From Candidatus Babeliales bacterium (GTDB taxonomy: Bacteria > Babelota > Babeliae > Babelales > JANWKD01): a stretch of 64,000 nt of DNA. The DNA is taken from contig CAVRJO010000001.1 of the NCBI GenBank assembly GCA_963722255.1, forward strand, positions 192,001-256,000. The letters are read 5' to 3'. Shown here one piece after another: positions 9,167 through 19,355 of the stretch (position 1 is the stretch's first letter; each line of letters starts with the position of its first letter). Below the pieces are notes generated by a model. It worked only from the letters and a program-made list of their open reading frames with translations. It was not told the origin of the DNA and made no database searches. Both the position numbers and the translations under genes were made by a program.

Positions 9167-10864
9167 TCAATTTTTGCCATTATTTTCTATGTATCTTTTG
9201 ATTTCTTCAGGTAATTCATCAAATAATTGCTGACTTTTTTCTGATAATTCAATTGGTTGATTGTTGAGTGCTTTTTGGGCGCAATAATCAAGTACGGCAA
9301 TATGTTCAGCAGTAAATCTTCGTAATTTTTTATAGAGTTTTTCGTTATAAAGATTACTTAATACAACGCCGCTGAATCCTTTTGCTGCTAATGTTTTTCC
9401 ATCTGGTGCAAAATCAATATAATGCGAGTTGTTCGAAAAAACTTTTATACAATAGCCATCCTGTGTGTCAATCAATTGTATGGGGCTAGGATTTGCAAAA
9501 GATACTGCCAACATGGTGCCATCAGGCGATAATCTTAAATGCCTTATTGGAGGTGGCATTCCATAGTATTGAATTGCCGGGTTGCATGCTATTGTTTTAA
9601 AAGTGGTTCCTTTATCGATATTCCAAAAAGATATTTGTGCTTGTTCGTTGCCGGAAAATAATGTTTTTCTGTCTTTTGAAAGGCAAAGTGCCGTAGTCGA
9701 AAAGTTACTAGTAAATGTTTTTGATATGCGAGGTTTATCAATTTCTAATATATCAATGCTTACTGCACAGCCTAAAAATAGACAATTTTTTTTTGAATCG
9801 GCCGCTACTGCTCTTATGTTTTTAATATGAGTATATTCTTCCAAGATAGCAGTTAATTCATTTCCATTTGGAAGATTCCAGATTGAAATTTTATTTTCGC
9901 CAAATATACATAAGGCTTTTTTTTCAGGTATATGCAATAAATGAGAAATTACTCTTGTTATTTTAATAGTATTAACATGACAAAGAGATTTTTCATTACA
10001 ATCAAAGGTATAAAGTAAACTATAAGGGTATGGAACATAATGTATTTTGTTTTCATCGGAGAAAATTATTGAGAATATTGATCCAATAGAGTCTTCTATT
10101 TGATATGAATCTGTATCATTAAGTAAAAGTTCTACATGTCCTCTATTTTGAATACATGCTAATGATCCTCCGTTTGGAGAATAACATAATGATATTGTTT
10201 CGCCTCCAAGTTTAATTGTTTTAAATGTATCAGAAATACAGACAAGCAATTGCTTTAAATGGCGAGAATTATCTAAAAAATGATTGCCAATGGCCACTGA
10301 AAGCTCAGAAACTTTTATCTCTTCTAATAAAGTTATCGCTCGATCACTTTTGTCTTCTAATGATAATGATTTCGCACGTTGATAAAGTTGATTTGCGCAT
10401 GCATCAAGTAATGGTTGGCAGCTAAGAAAGTTTGCGCCATTCATAAGTTCAATAAGCGTTTGCTCAGATTGTTTTGTATTGTTAAAACATTTTTTAAGCT
10501 GTTTTTTTTGTTTTTTTACTTGTTTTTTTGGATCTTCTTGTTCCAAACTTGCAAGAAGCATTGCTAATTTTTCAATGGTTTTTAATTGTTTTTTTGAAAT
10601 TTGTGATTCTTGCAGACTCAGGGGGGCATCAGATTCAAATTCATGTTGATCATGTAAAGTGCCGACATAATGCAGTTGTGTGAGATTCCATTGTGATGAA
10701 TAAATAATTTCTTCTTGGTTATTTTTTAGATTTACCGTAATTGATAAAGCATCATCATTATCTTGAATCGAAGCAGGCATTTTAGGTTTATCCATTGTAT
10801 AGGAATAGTGGACTGATGAGAATACGAAGAGCGCAAAAGAAAGATAAATTCTGGATCTGATCAT
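9167..10864 (-). CDS. Secreted Skp1/BTB-like + WD40 protein, tandem paralogue
   Basis: Signal peptide; ELMNGANFLSCQPLLDAC; YSPNGG, ISFWNID, LSPDGTMLA, FAPDGKTLA. Confidence 0.78.
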   Translation of the reverse strand: MIRSRIYLSFALFVFSSVHYSYTMDKPKMPASIQDNDDALSITVNLKNNQEEIIYSSQWNLTQLHYVGTLHDQHEFESDAPLSLQESQISKKQLKTIEKLAMLLASLEQEDPKKQVKKQKKQLKKCFNNTKQSEQTLIELMNGANFLSCQPLLDACANQLYQRAKSLSLEDKSDRAITLLEEIKVSELSVAIGNHFLDNSRHLKQLLVCISDTFKTIKLGGETISLCYSPNGGSLACIQNRGHVELLLNDTDSYQIEDSIGSIFSIIFSDENKIHYVPYPYSLLYTFDCNEKSLCHVNTIKITRVISHLLHIPEKKALCIFGENKISIWNLPNGNELTAILEEYTHIKNIRAVAADSKKNCLFLGCAVSIDILEIDKPRISKTFTSNFSTTALCLSKDRKTLFSGNEQAQISFWNIDKGTTFKTIACNPAIQYYGMPPPIRHLRLSPDGTMLAVSFANPSPIQLIDTQDGYCIKVFSNNSHYIDFAPDGKTLAAKGFSGVVLSNLYNEKLYKKLRRFTAEHIAVLDYCAQKALNNQPIELSEKSQQLFDELPEEIKRYIENNGKN

Positions 10865-10894
10865 ATGAATACTTTCATTACAATGATGTTTTTT
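10687..10894. repeat. Copy 2 of duplicated 5' cassette
   Basis: Matches 8930-9135. Confidence 0.85.
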
Positions 10895-11117
10895 AGTTGC
10901 TTTATGTTCTTAGTTTTTTGTTAAAAAGTCAATTGTATTTGTTGTAGTTTGCACTTGTTTAAAGCCACTTGTTACGCTGATAATAATATGAACTTAATTA
11001 CAAAAAAGATTCCGTCTTCATTATTTAAATATCTGAATCCCATTATTAGTAAAAAGAAAAAACAATAAAATGATACTAATAAGTATTAATATTAGCTTTA
11101 AAAACATAAACTAATCT

Positions 11118-12560
11118 TCAAAAACCCTTTGGATGCATAGTATGCCAAGGAGTAGCTTGCTCATAAGCATGTGCTACTTGGTATAACAATGCTTCACTCA
11201 AATGTGGTCCCATGAGTTGTAGCCCAAATGGCAAATGATCTTTTGAAAAACCACAAGGAATCGATATCGCAGGGATACCGGTAATATTACTTGGACAAGT
11301 GAAATAATCTTGAAGATCCATTTGTAACTTATTATCATCAAACGCGCCAAACTTAAAAGCTTGCGTCGGCGATGTCGGTGCAAGTAGAAGATCAACTTTT
11401 TTAAACATTTCATTAAACTCAGCACGCATAATTTTTTGTGCTTTTACAGCGTTGGCATAAAATTCGCCTGCGTGACCAACAGAAAGAACGTAATTACCAA
11501 TCATAATACGTTTTTTAACTTCAGTACCGAAACCTTCTTGACGTGATTTTTCATACATTGCAACCAATGTATCAGCATTTTTATCGCGTAATCCATAACG
11601 CACGCCATCAAAGCGTGCTAAATTGGAAGCTGCTTCAGCTCGACTTATGATGAAATATATCGCAGCACCATAATCCATACTTGGCAAGGATACACGCTCA
11701 ATGGTGGCACCCAATTTTTGCAAGGTTGCAATTGAATTTTCTATCGCTTGCACCATATCAGGATCAACGCCTTCAGCATGTAATGCATTATCAATAATAC
11801 CGATTTTTAATCCAGGCTCAAAGGTACGCTCTAAAGAACGAGTATAATCGTGCCCCAAGAGTGAAACTGTTGTTGAATCATTGCTATCATTACCTGCAAT
11901 AGTAGATAGAATAATGGCATTATCCTTTACAGTGCGTGTTGCAATACCAATCTGATCTAAAGATGAGGCGTAGGCAATTAATCCATAACGAGAAATCAAA
12001 CCATAGGTTGTCTTAAGCCCGACAATTCCGCATAATGCTGCAGGTTGACGAACAGAGCCACCAGTTTCTGAACCAAGAGACCAAGGAACTAAGCCGGCTG
12101 CAACAGCTGCTATCGAACCTCCGCTTGACCCTCCAGGAACACATTCTTTATTCCAAGGATTTTTTGTTTTTTTAAATGCAGATGTTTCAGTCGAACTACC
12201 CATGGCAAATTCATCCATATTAGCTCTACCAAGGAGTGGAGCACCTACATTTTTTAAACGTTTTATAGCTGTTGCATCATACGTCGCTTCATAATGCTGT
12301 AACATTTTTGATGCACAGGAGGTTATTCGTCCTTTTTGACAAATATTATCTTTAATAAGACCTGGAATTCCCTGTAATACTCCCTGATCTTTAGCTGCTT
12401 GCACTATAGAATCTTTATCAAATATCTCCAACGCCGATCCAAGATCTTTATCATGCTCTTCAAATCGTTTAATACAATATTCAACCAATTCTTGAGGAGT
12501 TATCTCTTTTTTATATATAAGATTTTGTAGTTCAGTTATAGTAGCAAAAGCTAATTTCAT
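11118..12560 (-). CDS. gatA: Asp/Glu-tRNA amidotransferase subunit A
   Basis: KDN, MDEFAMGSS, PGGSSGGS, GSETGGSVRQPA, ARFDGVRYG. Confidence 0.97.
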   Translation of the reverse strand: MKLAFATITELQNLIYKKEITPQELVEYCIKRFEEHDKDLGSALEIFDKDSIVQAAKDQGVLQGIPGLIKDNICQKGRITSCASKMLQHYEATYDATAIKRLKNVGAPLLGRANMDEFAMGSSTETSAFKKTKNPWNKECVPGGSSGGSIAAVAAGLVPWSLGSETGGSVRQPAALCGIVGLKTTYGLISRYGLIAYASSLDQIGIATRTVKDNAIILSTIAGNDSNDSTTVSLLGHDYTRSLERTFEPGLKIGIIDNALHAEGVDPDMVQAIENSIATLQKLGATIERVSLPSMDYGAAIYFIISRAEAASNLARFDGVRYGLRDKNADTLVAMYEKSRQEGFGTEVKKRIMIGNYVLSVGHAGEFYANAVKAQKIMRAEFNEMFKKVDLLLAPTSPTQAFKFGAFDDNKLQMDLQDYFTCPSNITGIPAISIPCGFSKDHLPFGLQLMGPHLSEALLYQVAHAYEQATPWHTMHPKGF

Positions 12561-12572
12561 GTGTCTTATTTC

Positions 12573-12866
12573 CTAGGTAGTTTCCAAAATCATGGGTACA
12601 ACAAAATAATTTTGTTCCCTTTCAGGGGCTTGCTTTAATACTAATTCAGGATCAGTTTTTACAACAATATCGTCACGGAAAACATTACGATTTTTTTCAG
12701 AAGGTAGGACCTCGATTGCGCGCATCTGTACAATATCTTTAACACGTAATGCATAGGTTAATACATCATTAATCTGGGGGATCAATGAAAGCACCTCATC
12801 TTCAGAAAGTTGTAACCGGGATAAATGAGCTAAAGATATAAGCTCGTGTTTACTAATTTTTTGCAT
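12573..12866 (-). CDS. gatC: Asp/Glu-tRNA amidotransferase subunit C
   Basis: LAHLSRL, FRDD, QAPE..NYFVVP; directly upstream of gatA. Confidence 0.92.
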   Translation of the reverse strand: MQKISKHELISLAHLSRLQLSEDEVLSLIPQINDVLTYALRVKDIVQMRAIEVLPSEKNRNVFRDDIVVKTDPELVLKQAPEREQNYFVVPMILETT

Positions 12867-12880
12867 ATTGGGCTCTTTTT

Positions 12881-14269
12881 TTAAATAGACTTATGTTGCC
12901 AACGCTCACCACGAAATCTATAAATATATAGTATACTCATTAAACCACTACCAAGATAAAAGGTACTATATACTAACAAAAATTTAAGAGAAGAACTTTC
13001 AAGTGGTAGCTTTGAAAAAATCCAGGAAACAGGCGCAAAAAACAAAAAGCAAATTGCTAAGCGAACCCACATTACCATTTTAACATTTGCTGCTCCGCGC
13101 ATTGCTCCGGACAAAATTAATTGTAACAGATCACAAAAGACAAGTACACTTAAAACAGGGAAAATTTTTGATGCAAATGCGGTAAATTTATCTTTATGAT
13201 CAAAAAGTTTAATAAAAAATTCCGGCCACAATGAAAAAACAAATAAAATTAGAAAAACAAAAAAAGAAGAAAGGAAAATAGTCTTTTTTATGGTGCTTTT
13301 TATACCTTCCCAATCCCCTAAGCCATACGCGTTACTCACTAAGAAAGTAATTACTTGTGCAAATGCTGCCGCAGGCAAAATTGCAATGCGTTCAAGATCT
13401 TTAATGACCGTAAAACTAGCAATAGCATATACACCCATAGGATTGATAACATATCCCAACCAAAGTGGTACTGCTGCTAAGGTCCCTTTATCAAGCATCA
13501 CGGGCCAACTCAACGTAAAGAGTTCTTTTATGCGAGCAAGACTTATGCGTTCAGCAAATAAATGAAATCCATATTTGCGATTTTCTTTATCAAAAATCAA
13601 ATAACTCAATGATGTTACTAACATCACCCCATATTGAATAACTGAAGCAAGAGCAGATCCCTGCAGCCCCATTTTGGGAAAACCAAAATGACCAAAAATT
13701 AACCCATAATCAAAGAAAAGAAAAATCAAAGCGCCAAACGTAAAAATCTGCATGGGAATTTTAGGCTTTTTTATTCCTCTTAAAAATCCAATAACAGCAA
13801 AATAGATAAACATAAAGAAGATGCTCAATGCGCGTAATCGTAAAAAAGGTACCCCGATCGCGATCATTTTTTCAGGAACACCATAGATAGTATATATCCA
13901 AGAAGCACCAAAAAAAAGAGTTAATGCAATAAGACCACCCGTTATAACTGTTGCCCAAAAGGCATTAACCATGGTTTTGCCAACTTCTTTAATATCCTGA
14001 AGCCCATTATAATGACCACTCATAATCGTTGTCCCTACAGAAAAACCTTCAGCAACCTTAATAATAAAATTCATCATAATATTGGTAGTTCCAGCCGTAG
14101 CATAAATTGCAGTAGACTTAAGATCTGCGACCCACCAAGCATCTATAATATAGAGAGCTAATACCAAAGCTGTAATAAATTCCGGAACAAAATAACGGAC
14201 GATGGTAAGATAACTCTCGCCTTGTGATTGATCGCGAATGCCGGTAAAATAGCTTGTTAAAATTTTCAT
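12881..14269 (-). CDS. MATE family efflux transporter
   Basis: ~12 TM; GFLRGIK..KIPM, GFPKMGLQGSALAS, GAMRGA. Confidence 0.9.
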   Translation of the reverse strand: MKILTSYFTGIRDQSQGESYLTIVRYFVPEFITALVLALYIIDAWWVADLKSTAIYATAGTTNIMMNFIIKVAEGFSVGTTIMSGHYNGLQDIKEVGKTMVNAFWATVITGGLIALTLFFGASWIYTIYGVPEKMIAIGVPFLRLRALSIFFMFIYFAVIGFLRGIKKPKIPMQIFTFGALIFLFFDYGLIFGHFGFPKMGLQGSALASVIQYGVMLVTSLSYLIFDKENRKYGFHLFAERISLARIKELFTLSWPVMLDKGTLAAVPLWLGYVINPMGVYAIASFTVIKDLERIAILPAAAFAQVITFLVSNAYGLGDWEGIKSTIKKTIFLSSFFVFLILFVFSLWPEFFIKLFDHKDKFTAFASKIFPVLSVLVFCDLLQLILSGAMRGAANVKMVMWVRLAICFLFFAPVSWIFSKLPLESSSLKFLLVYSTFYLGSGLMSILYIYRFRGERWQHKSI

Positions 14270-14460
14270 TATTTCCTAGCTCCTTTTTAAGATCATCTGC
14301 ATACAGATCGTTTTGTACATTAATGTACCCTCTTTACCTGGAGAACTATCATTTCAATTTTTAATCAAATTCATCACTACACGTTTCGTTTGATTGTAGT
14401 TAAAATAGCATAGGTTTGCAAATGGTTCCTAAAAAGTTACCATTTCAATACAATGAAAAT

Positions 14461-14482
14461 AGGCAGGAATAAATTCCTGCCT
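14461..14482 (-). terminator. Hairpin/terminator after 14505-15347
   Basis: AGGCAGGAAT-AA-ATTCCTGCCT inverted repeat. Confidence 0.6.
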
Positions 14483-14504
14483 CAAAATCTTATCGCTCAA
14501 AAAA

Positions 14505-15347
14505 CTAGCTATTTTCAACAACTGTAAGCACATTATCTTCCACGTGCTTTGCATGAAATGCGCACATCTCTTTTCTATTTTCTAATTCTTGAGCTATTTT
14601 TTCCAAATCATCCGCACAGAGATATCCATTATTCTTAAGCGGACTATTCTCTTGTTCAAAAATAATTCTTCTTTGCTCAGCTGATTCATGAACACATTGC
14701 GAACAATGCGTTGCATAATGACCCTCAATATCTGCACGGCGCTCAAAATAATGATGATAGCATGAACTAGCATAACCACCTCCACACATCCCAAAAACAA
14801 TAACGGCAAGCGCATGTAAAATTTTATATTTTCCTGCAGGCTTAATTGCTTTTATACATGCATGTGTCCCTAGAGATAATCCTGCCATCATTGCTAATTC
14901 TAATAAAGTATCAGACGACATATCATTATTTTTTTTATGGATCGCTTCATGGAATAAAGCAGAACGACGCGCTCCATAAGAACGCTGATTTAACTTTTCT
15001 TCATTAACATAGATCGCATCGGCCTCTGCAACCGCTCCAACAAAGGGAGCCAAAGGATGCGTTGAAGGAATTTTTTTTATAGGAACATGGTACTCTTCTG
15101 GAATACCGGCAGCAATTTGAGCTTCTTTTCCCAATTCTTGATATTCAGGGGATGCTAATTCATTACCATATGGTAACAATTTAGGCAATTTTGCCATCTG
15201 ATTTTCAAAGAAATGCATAACTCTTGATTGATTTACAAAACAAAGAGCTTTATCAATGAGATTCTTTTCATTCAATAGTGACTGCGCAAGCGAAATCTGA
15301 ATTGGTAAAAAAGCCACAATAAGGATGAGTTTTTTTTGTACGTTCAT
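14505..15347 (-). CDS. Secreted M48-like zinc metalloprotease
   Basis: Signal peptide; FHEAIH, two hydrophobic segments, ERRAD, CxxC and CxxH. Confidence 0.7.
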   Translation of the reverse strand: MNVQKKLILIVAFLPIQISLAQSLLNEKNLIDKALCFVNQSRVMHFFENQMAKLPKLLPYGNELASPEYQELGKEAQIAAGIPEEYHVPIKKIPSTHPLAPFVGAVAEADAIYVNEEKLNQRSYGARRSALFHEAIHKKNNDMSSDTLLELAMMAGLSLGTHACIKAIKPAGKYKILHALAVIVFGMCGGGYASSCYHHYFERRADIEGHYATHCSQCVHESAEQRRIIFEQENSPLKNNGYLCADDLEKIAQELENRKEMCAFHAKHVEDNVLTVVENS

Positions 15348-15487
15348 AGAAAATTCCTTTTACTATGTTGTTAAATTTTTATAGTACTCTAAAGGAAAGT
15401 GTAACATTTTTAGGTAGTTGCGGCAATCAACAATTATTATTTTTTATTTTATTTCAGGTATAAATTTTTTAAAAAATAGTATAGCCA

Positions 15488-16234
15488 TTAGTGTACTTGC
15501 TCTTCTTTTTCAAGAATTTCGTGTCGAACCAAATCTTCTTCAAGCTTATGAGCACCGGTAAAATGAACTCCTTCAATACCAACATCGGCTATCTGAGATC
15601 CTTCGATATTTTCTTGAAGATCATCGGTAAAGGCAGCTTTCATTGTAGTAATGCATTCATCATCATTCTTACACAACTTTTTTTCCATTCTCCTACGTAA
15701 ATTTTTATAATAAATGGGATCTGGCTTTCTACCATTTTTCTCACCGGCAATATGATAAAAATCAAAGAGTTCAAAAAGCTCTGGCTTTAACCTTGATTTA
15801 TTTATTTTAAAACTATCCTCATGCATATTAGAGGCTAAAACTAACTTTACACCTTGCTGTTTTAATCGTTTCAAAATAGCAATTGTTTCTTCATTCGGTT
15901 GCTCTAAAACATTCATGCATTCATATATTTCATCTTCATATTTCTCTAAATAAGGAACATCTCTAAAAATTGATTCAAGAGTTAGCTCCTGGCCATACAC
16001 ATATTTCTTTCCGATTTTTACCCCAGGCATAACCATATTTGGTAAATCAGTAAAATTACGACCAGCTATTTTAGTGCTGCACCAAGCTAATTTACGCCAC
16101 TGTGGATCAACTATAACGCCATGATAATCGATTGCTAAAACCTTCACCGGCTTTTTTATCTCTTCATCATTGGCAAACAAAACAGAACCTAAAAGGACAC
16201 TACTTAATAAAAAAACATACTTTCTATAGCTCAT
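15488..16234 (-). CDS. Secreted HAD-like hydrolase
   Basis: Signal peptide; AIDYHGV, LASN, KPDP..Y, FTDD..EN. Confidence 0.8.
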   Translation of the reverse strand: MSYRKYVFLLSSVLLGSVLFANDEEIKKPVKVLAIDYHGVIVDPQWRKLAWCSTKIAGRNFTDLPNMVMPGVKIGKKYVYGQELTLESIFRDVPYLEKYEDEIYECMNVLEQPNEETIAILKRLKQQGVKLVLASNMHEDSFKINKSRLKPELFELFDFYHIAGEKNGRKPDPIYYKNLRRRMEKKLCKNDDECITTMKAAFTDDLQENIEGSQIADVGIEGVHFTGAHKLEEDLVRHEILEKEEQVH

Positions 16235-16961
16235 CGGCTTCTTTCATACTAAAACATACTCTATTACATTCTTTTTCTAACTCTTCAGGTACTATTCCTC
16301 TAATATTAAGATTGGCAGCGTTAGCTGCTTGAACATTTTCTATTCTGTCATCGATAAACAAAATCTCCATATCATTGCTTACACCTGCATATTCATTAAC
16401 TTTTTCCCGCAATTGGACAAAGTAGTTGTTCTTATTTTTAGCAATAAAAACTGCATCATAACTTAATTGATCATCAACCTTAGACCCATTTTCCTCGGAA
16501 GCTAAAAAATGAAAATCAAAGAATTCCAAAAGCTCAGGGCGCTTTTTCATATTATGTTCAAATGTATCAGGCGCCATATTTGAGGCTAAAACAATAAGAT
16601 AGCCGCACTCTTTTAGCTGCTTTAAGAGCTCAATTATTGGCTCAACCGGTTCTTGTAATGTAATAAAATTGTAAATATCTTCTCTATATTTTTCCAGTTC
16701 AGGAAACTCTTGCAGAACTTTAGCAACCGTAATCTTTTCATGCTTGTAGCGTTTATAGATCAGCTTTATTGCTATTCTGACAATCATTGGTAATTCATAA
16801 AAATGTTTTACAATAAAGAGCGCAACATCCTGTTGCCTTTTCCATTTTTTACTTTTTACAATAACACCATGACAATCAGCTGCAATAATTCCACGGATTT
16901 GAGTATATAAAGAAGAAAAACTGAAAGAAAAAAATAGACCCAATAAAACTATTTTTTTCAT
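16224..16961 (-). CDS. Secreted HAD-like hydrolase, paralogue
   Basis: ATG 16961 after AGGAG; AADCHGV, LASN, FIDDRIENV. Confidence 0.8.
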   Translation of the reverse strand: MKKIVLLGLFFSFSFSSLYTQIRGIIAADCHGVIVKSKKWKRQQDVALFIVKHFYELPMIVRIAIKLIYKRYKHEKITVAKVLQEFPELEKYREDIYNFITLQEPVEPIIELLKQLKECGYLIVLASNMAPDTFEHNMKKRPELLEFFDFHFLASEENGSKVDDQLSYDAVFIAKNKNNYFVQLREKVNEYAGVSNDMEILFIDDRIENVQAANAANLNIRGIVPEELEKECNRVCFSMKEADEL

Positions 16962-16965
16962 ATAC

Positions 16966-19245
16966 TTAACTCCTTTGCGAAAGTTTAAAATCTTCTCGAG
17001 GTTCAATGCCTAAAAGCAGATAGATTTCAGAAGCATACAAGGTTTCTTTTTCAAATAAATTATTTGCGAGCTTTTCTAACTTATCTCTATGCTGCATCAA
17101 AAGAGCTTTTACCTTTTCGTAGGATTGCGATAAAAGTTTTTGAATTTCCATATCAATGCGTTCTGCAGTTCTTTGAGAGTAGCTATAATCCCCACGTCTT
17201 TGCTTATATACTACCAATCCCAATTCTTCAGTCATGCCATAACTGCACACCATATGACGTGCAATCTCAGTAGCTTTTTCAAAATCATTTGAAGCTCCCG
17301 TTCCAACTACATTAAATACGAGCTCTTCTGCAACACGACCGCCCAATAATACCATAAGCAACGCAAACATCTCTTCTTTAGTTTGCGAATGTTTTTCATA
17401 TTCAGGTAAAGAGTAGGTGACGCCTAACGCAAATCCACGTGGAATAATAGTTACTTTATGAAGTGGATCACAAAGATCCGGCATTAGAAGACGTACTAAA
17501 GCGTGACCAGCTTCATGAAATGCCGTAATTTTACGCTCAAGTTCAGTTAAAACCATCGTTTTTCGTTCTTCTCCGAGGGTAATTTTATCACGAGCTGCTT
17601 CAAAATCTGCCATGGTAACGGAAGTTTGAGAACTATTTTTGGTAGCATGCAAGGCAGCTTCATTAACAAGATTTGCTAAATCTGCGCCTGAAAATCCCGG
17701 TGTGCCACGAGCCACTTTAGATAAATCTACTGAACGATCCAACTTTATTGACTGTGCATGCACGCTTAATATTTTTTCTCGACTATAAAGATCTGGATAA
17801 GGGACTGCAACTTTTTTATCAAAACGACCGGCACGCACTAAGGCATCATCTAAAGATTCAGGCCTATTGGTTGCTCCAATTACAATAACCGAGCTATCAT
17901 CTGAATTAAATCCATCCATTTCTGCAAGAAGCTGATTCAATGTCTGTATGTGTTCTCGATTACCACCACCATCACTATCTGAGTCCCTGTGCATACCAAC
18001 AGCATCAATTTCATCAATAAAAATGATACTTGGACTATGCTTACGAGCTTCATTAAACAGTTCTCGAACTCTGCTAGCACCAACCCCAACATATTTTTCT
18101 ACGAAATCTGATCCATTTATTATAAAGAATGGACAATTTGCTTCTCCGGCTATAGCTTTTGCTAATAATGTTTTTCCATTTCCTGGATCACCGTGCAGTA
18201 AAACACCATGCGTAATTTTTGCTCCTAATCTCTTGTAATGTTCAGGTTTTTTAAGAAACTCAACAATATCTTTTAGCTCTTCCTTTGTCTCCTGCATTCC
18301 AGCAATGTTCTCAAAGGTGCATGTTACTTGATTAGGGACAAACATAGTACTATGATTCTTATTGCCTTGTTTTTTTAATGCTTGAAGCATAAGCTTATAA
18401 GCTTCTTCAATATCTTGCATAATGGTTATAGTCTGCTTTTTCCTTATGGTAATTCTAACAGCCTTGTTAATTAAATTGGCTAAATCAGAACCGGAAAAAC
18501 CTGCTGTATTTTTCGCAATTTTTTCAAGGTCAACATCCCATCCTAATCTAATATTTTTAGTGTGTATGCTAAGAATCTTTTCACGGCTTTTGGTATCTGG
18601 ATAAGGAACTTCAATTTTTTGATCAAATCTTCTTAATAACGCTTTGTCTAAAATTTCAGAATTATTAGTGGCTGCAATAACCAAAACGGGCGCAACATCG
18701 CCTGTTTCAAATCCATCCATTTCAGTTAATAATTGATTAAGCGTTTGCACCAATTCAGTATCAGAATAAGAGGTTCTTTGACGTCCAATACTATCAATCT
18801 CATCAATAAAAATAACACAAGGTGAACGGAAACGAGCCTCAGCAAAAAGATCTCGAACTCGCGCTGCTCCTACACCAACATACATTTCAATAAATTCCGC
18901 ACCCGATACACTAAAAAAATAACAGTTTGCCTCACCTGCAAGAGCTTTGGCAAGAAGCGTTTTTCCATTTCCGGGCTCACCAACTAATAATATACCTCGT
19001 GGAAATTGTGCACCAAGTTCCTGATATTTTTTGTAATTTTTTAAAAAGTCTACAACTTCCCTTAATTCTTGCTTAGCTTCATCAGCTCCTGCAACAGAAT
19101 CAAAATTGACCTTGATATCTGAAGGAGCATAAAGTCTTGCTGTATTTTGCATGAATTGAGAATCATGAACACAATTAGTAACCAATGAAATGAAAAATAT
19201 ACAAATATAAAATATATTTCTAAACAAATAACTTATTTTGTTCAT
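16966..19245 (-). CDS. ftsH: FtsH paralogue with two AAA+ domains and M41 protease, no periplasmic domain
   Basis: GEPGNGKT/IFIDEID and [15 protein letters not shown] modules; HEAGH; GGRVAEE; GASND. Confidence 0.9.
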   Translation of the reverse strand: MNKISYLFRNIFYICIFFISLVTNCVHDSQFMQNTARLYAPSDIKVNFDSVAGADEAKQELREVVDFLKNYKKYQELGAQFPRGILLVGEPGNGKTLLAKALAGEANCYFFSVSGAEFIEMYVGVGAARVRDLFAEARFRSPCVIFIDEIDSIGRQRTSYSDTELVQTLNQLLTEMDGFETGDVAPVLVIAATNNSEILDKALLRRFDQKIEVPYPDTKSREKILSIHTKNIRLGWDVDLEKIAKNTAGFSGSDLANLINKAVRITIRKKQTITIMQDIEEAYKLMLQALKKQGNKNHSTMFVPNQVTCTFENIAGMQETKEELKDIVEFLKKPEHYKRLGAKITHGVLLHGDPGNGKTLLAKAIAGEANCPFFIINGSDFVEKYVGVGASRVRELFNEARKHSPSIIFIDEIDAVGMHRDSDSDGGGNREHIQTLNQLLAEMDGFNSDDSSVIVIGATNRPESLDDALVRAGRFDKKVAVPYPDLYSREKILSVHAQSIKLDRSVDLSKVARGTPGFSGADLANLVNEAALHATKNSSQTSVTMADFEAARDKITLGEERKTMVLTELERKITAFHEAGHALVRLLMPDLCDPLHKVTIIPRGFALGVTYSLPEYEKHSQTKEEMFALLMVLLGGRVAEELVFNVVGTGASNDFEKATEIARHMVCSYGMTEELGLVVYKQRRGDYSYSQRTAERIDMEIQKLLSQSYEKVKALLMQHRDKLEKLANNLFEKETLYASEIYLLLGIEPREDFKLSQRS

Positions 19246-19355
19246 AGAATTGCCTCCAAATTAAAAGATTTATAACCCCAAATTTACTGATATTTTAAGA
19301 ATATCAATATTATTAAATTATACATATTTTGAAAAAATATTCAATGAGAGAAGTT

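Noticed and set aside
14280..14360. Possible fluoride riboswitch upstream of the MATE gene (minus strand GAAATGATAGTTCTCC...GCAGATGATC)
   Set aside because: P1 and pseudoknot pairings do not form convincingly; only loose resemblance; needs cmsearch
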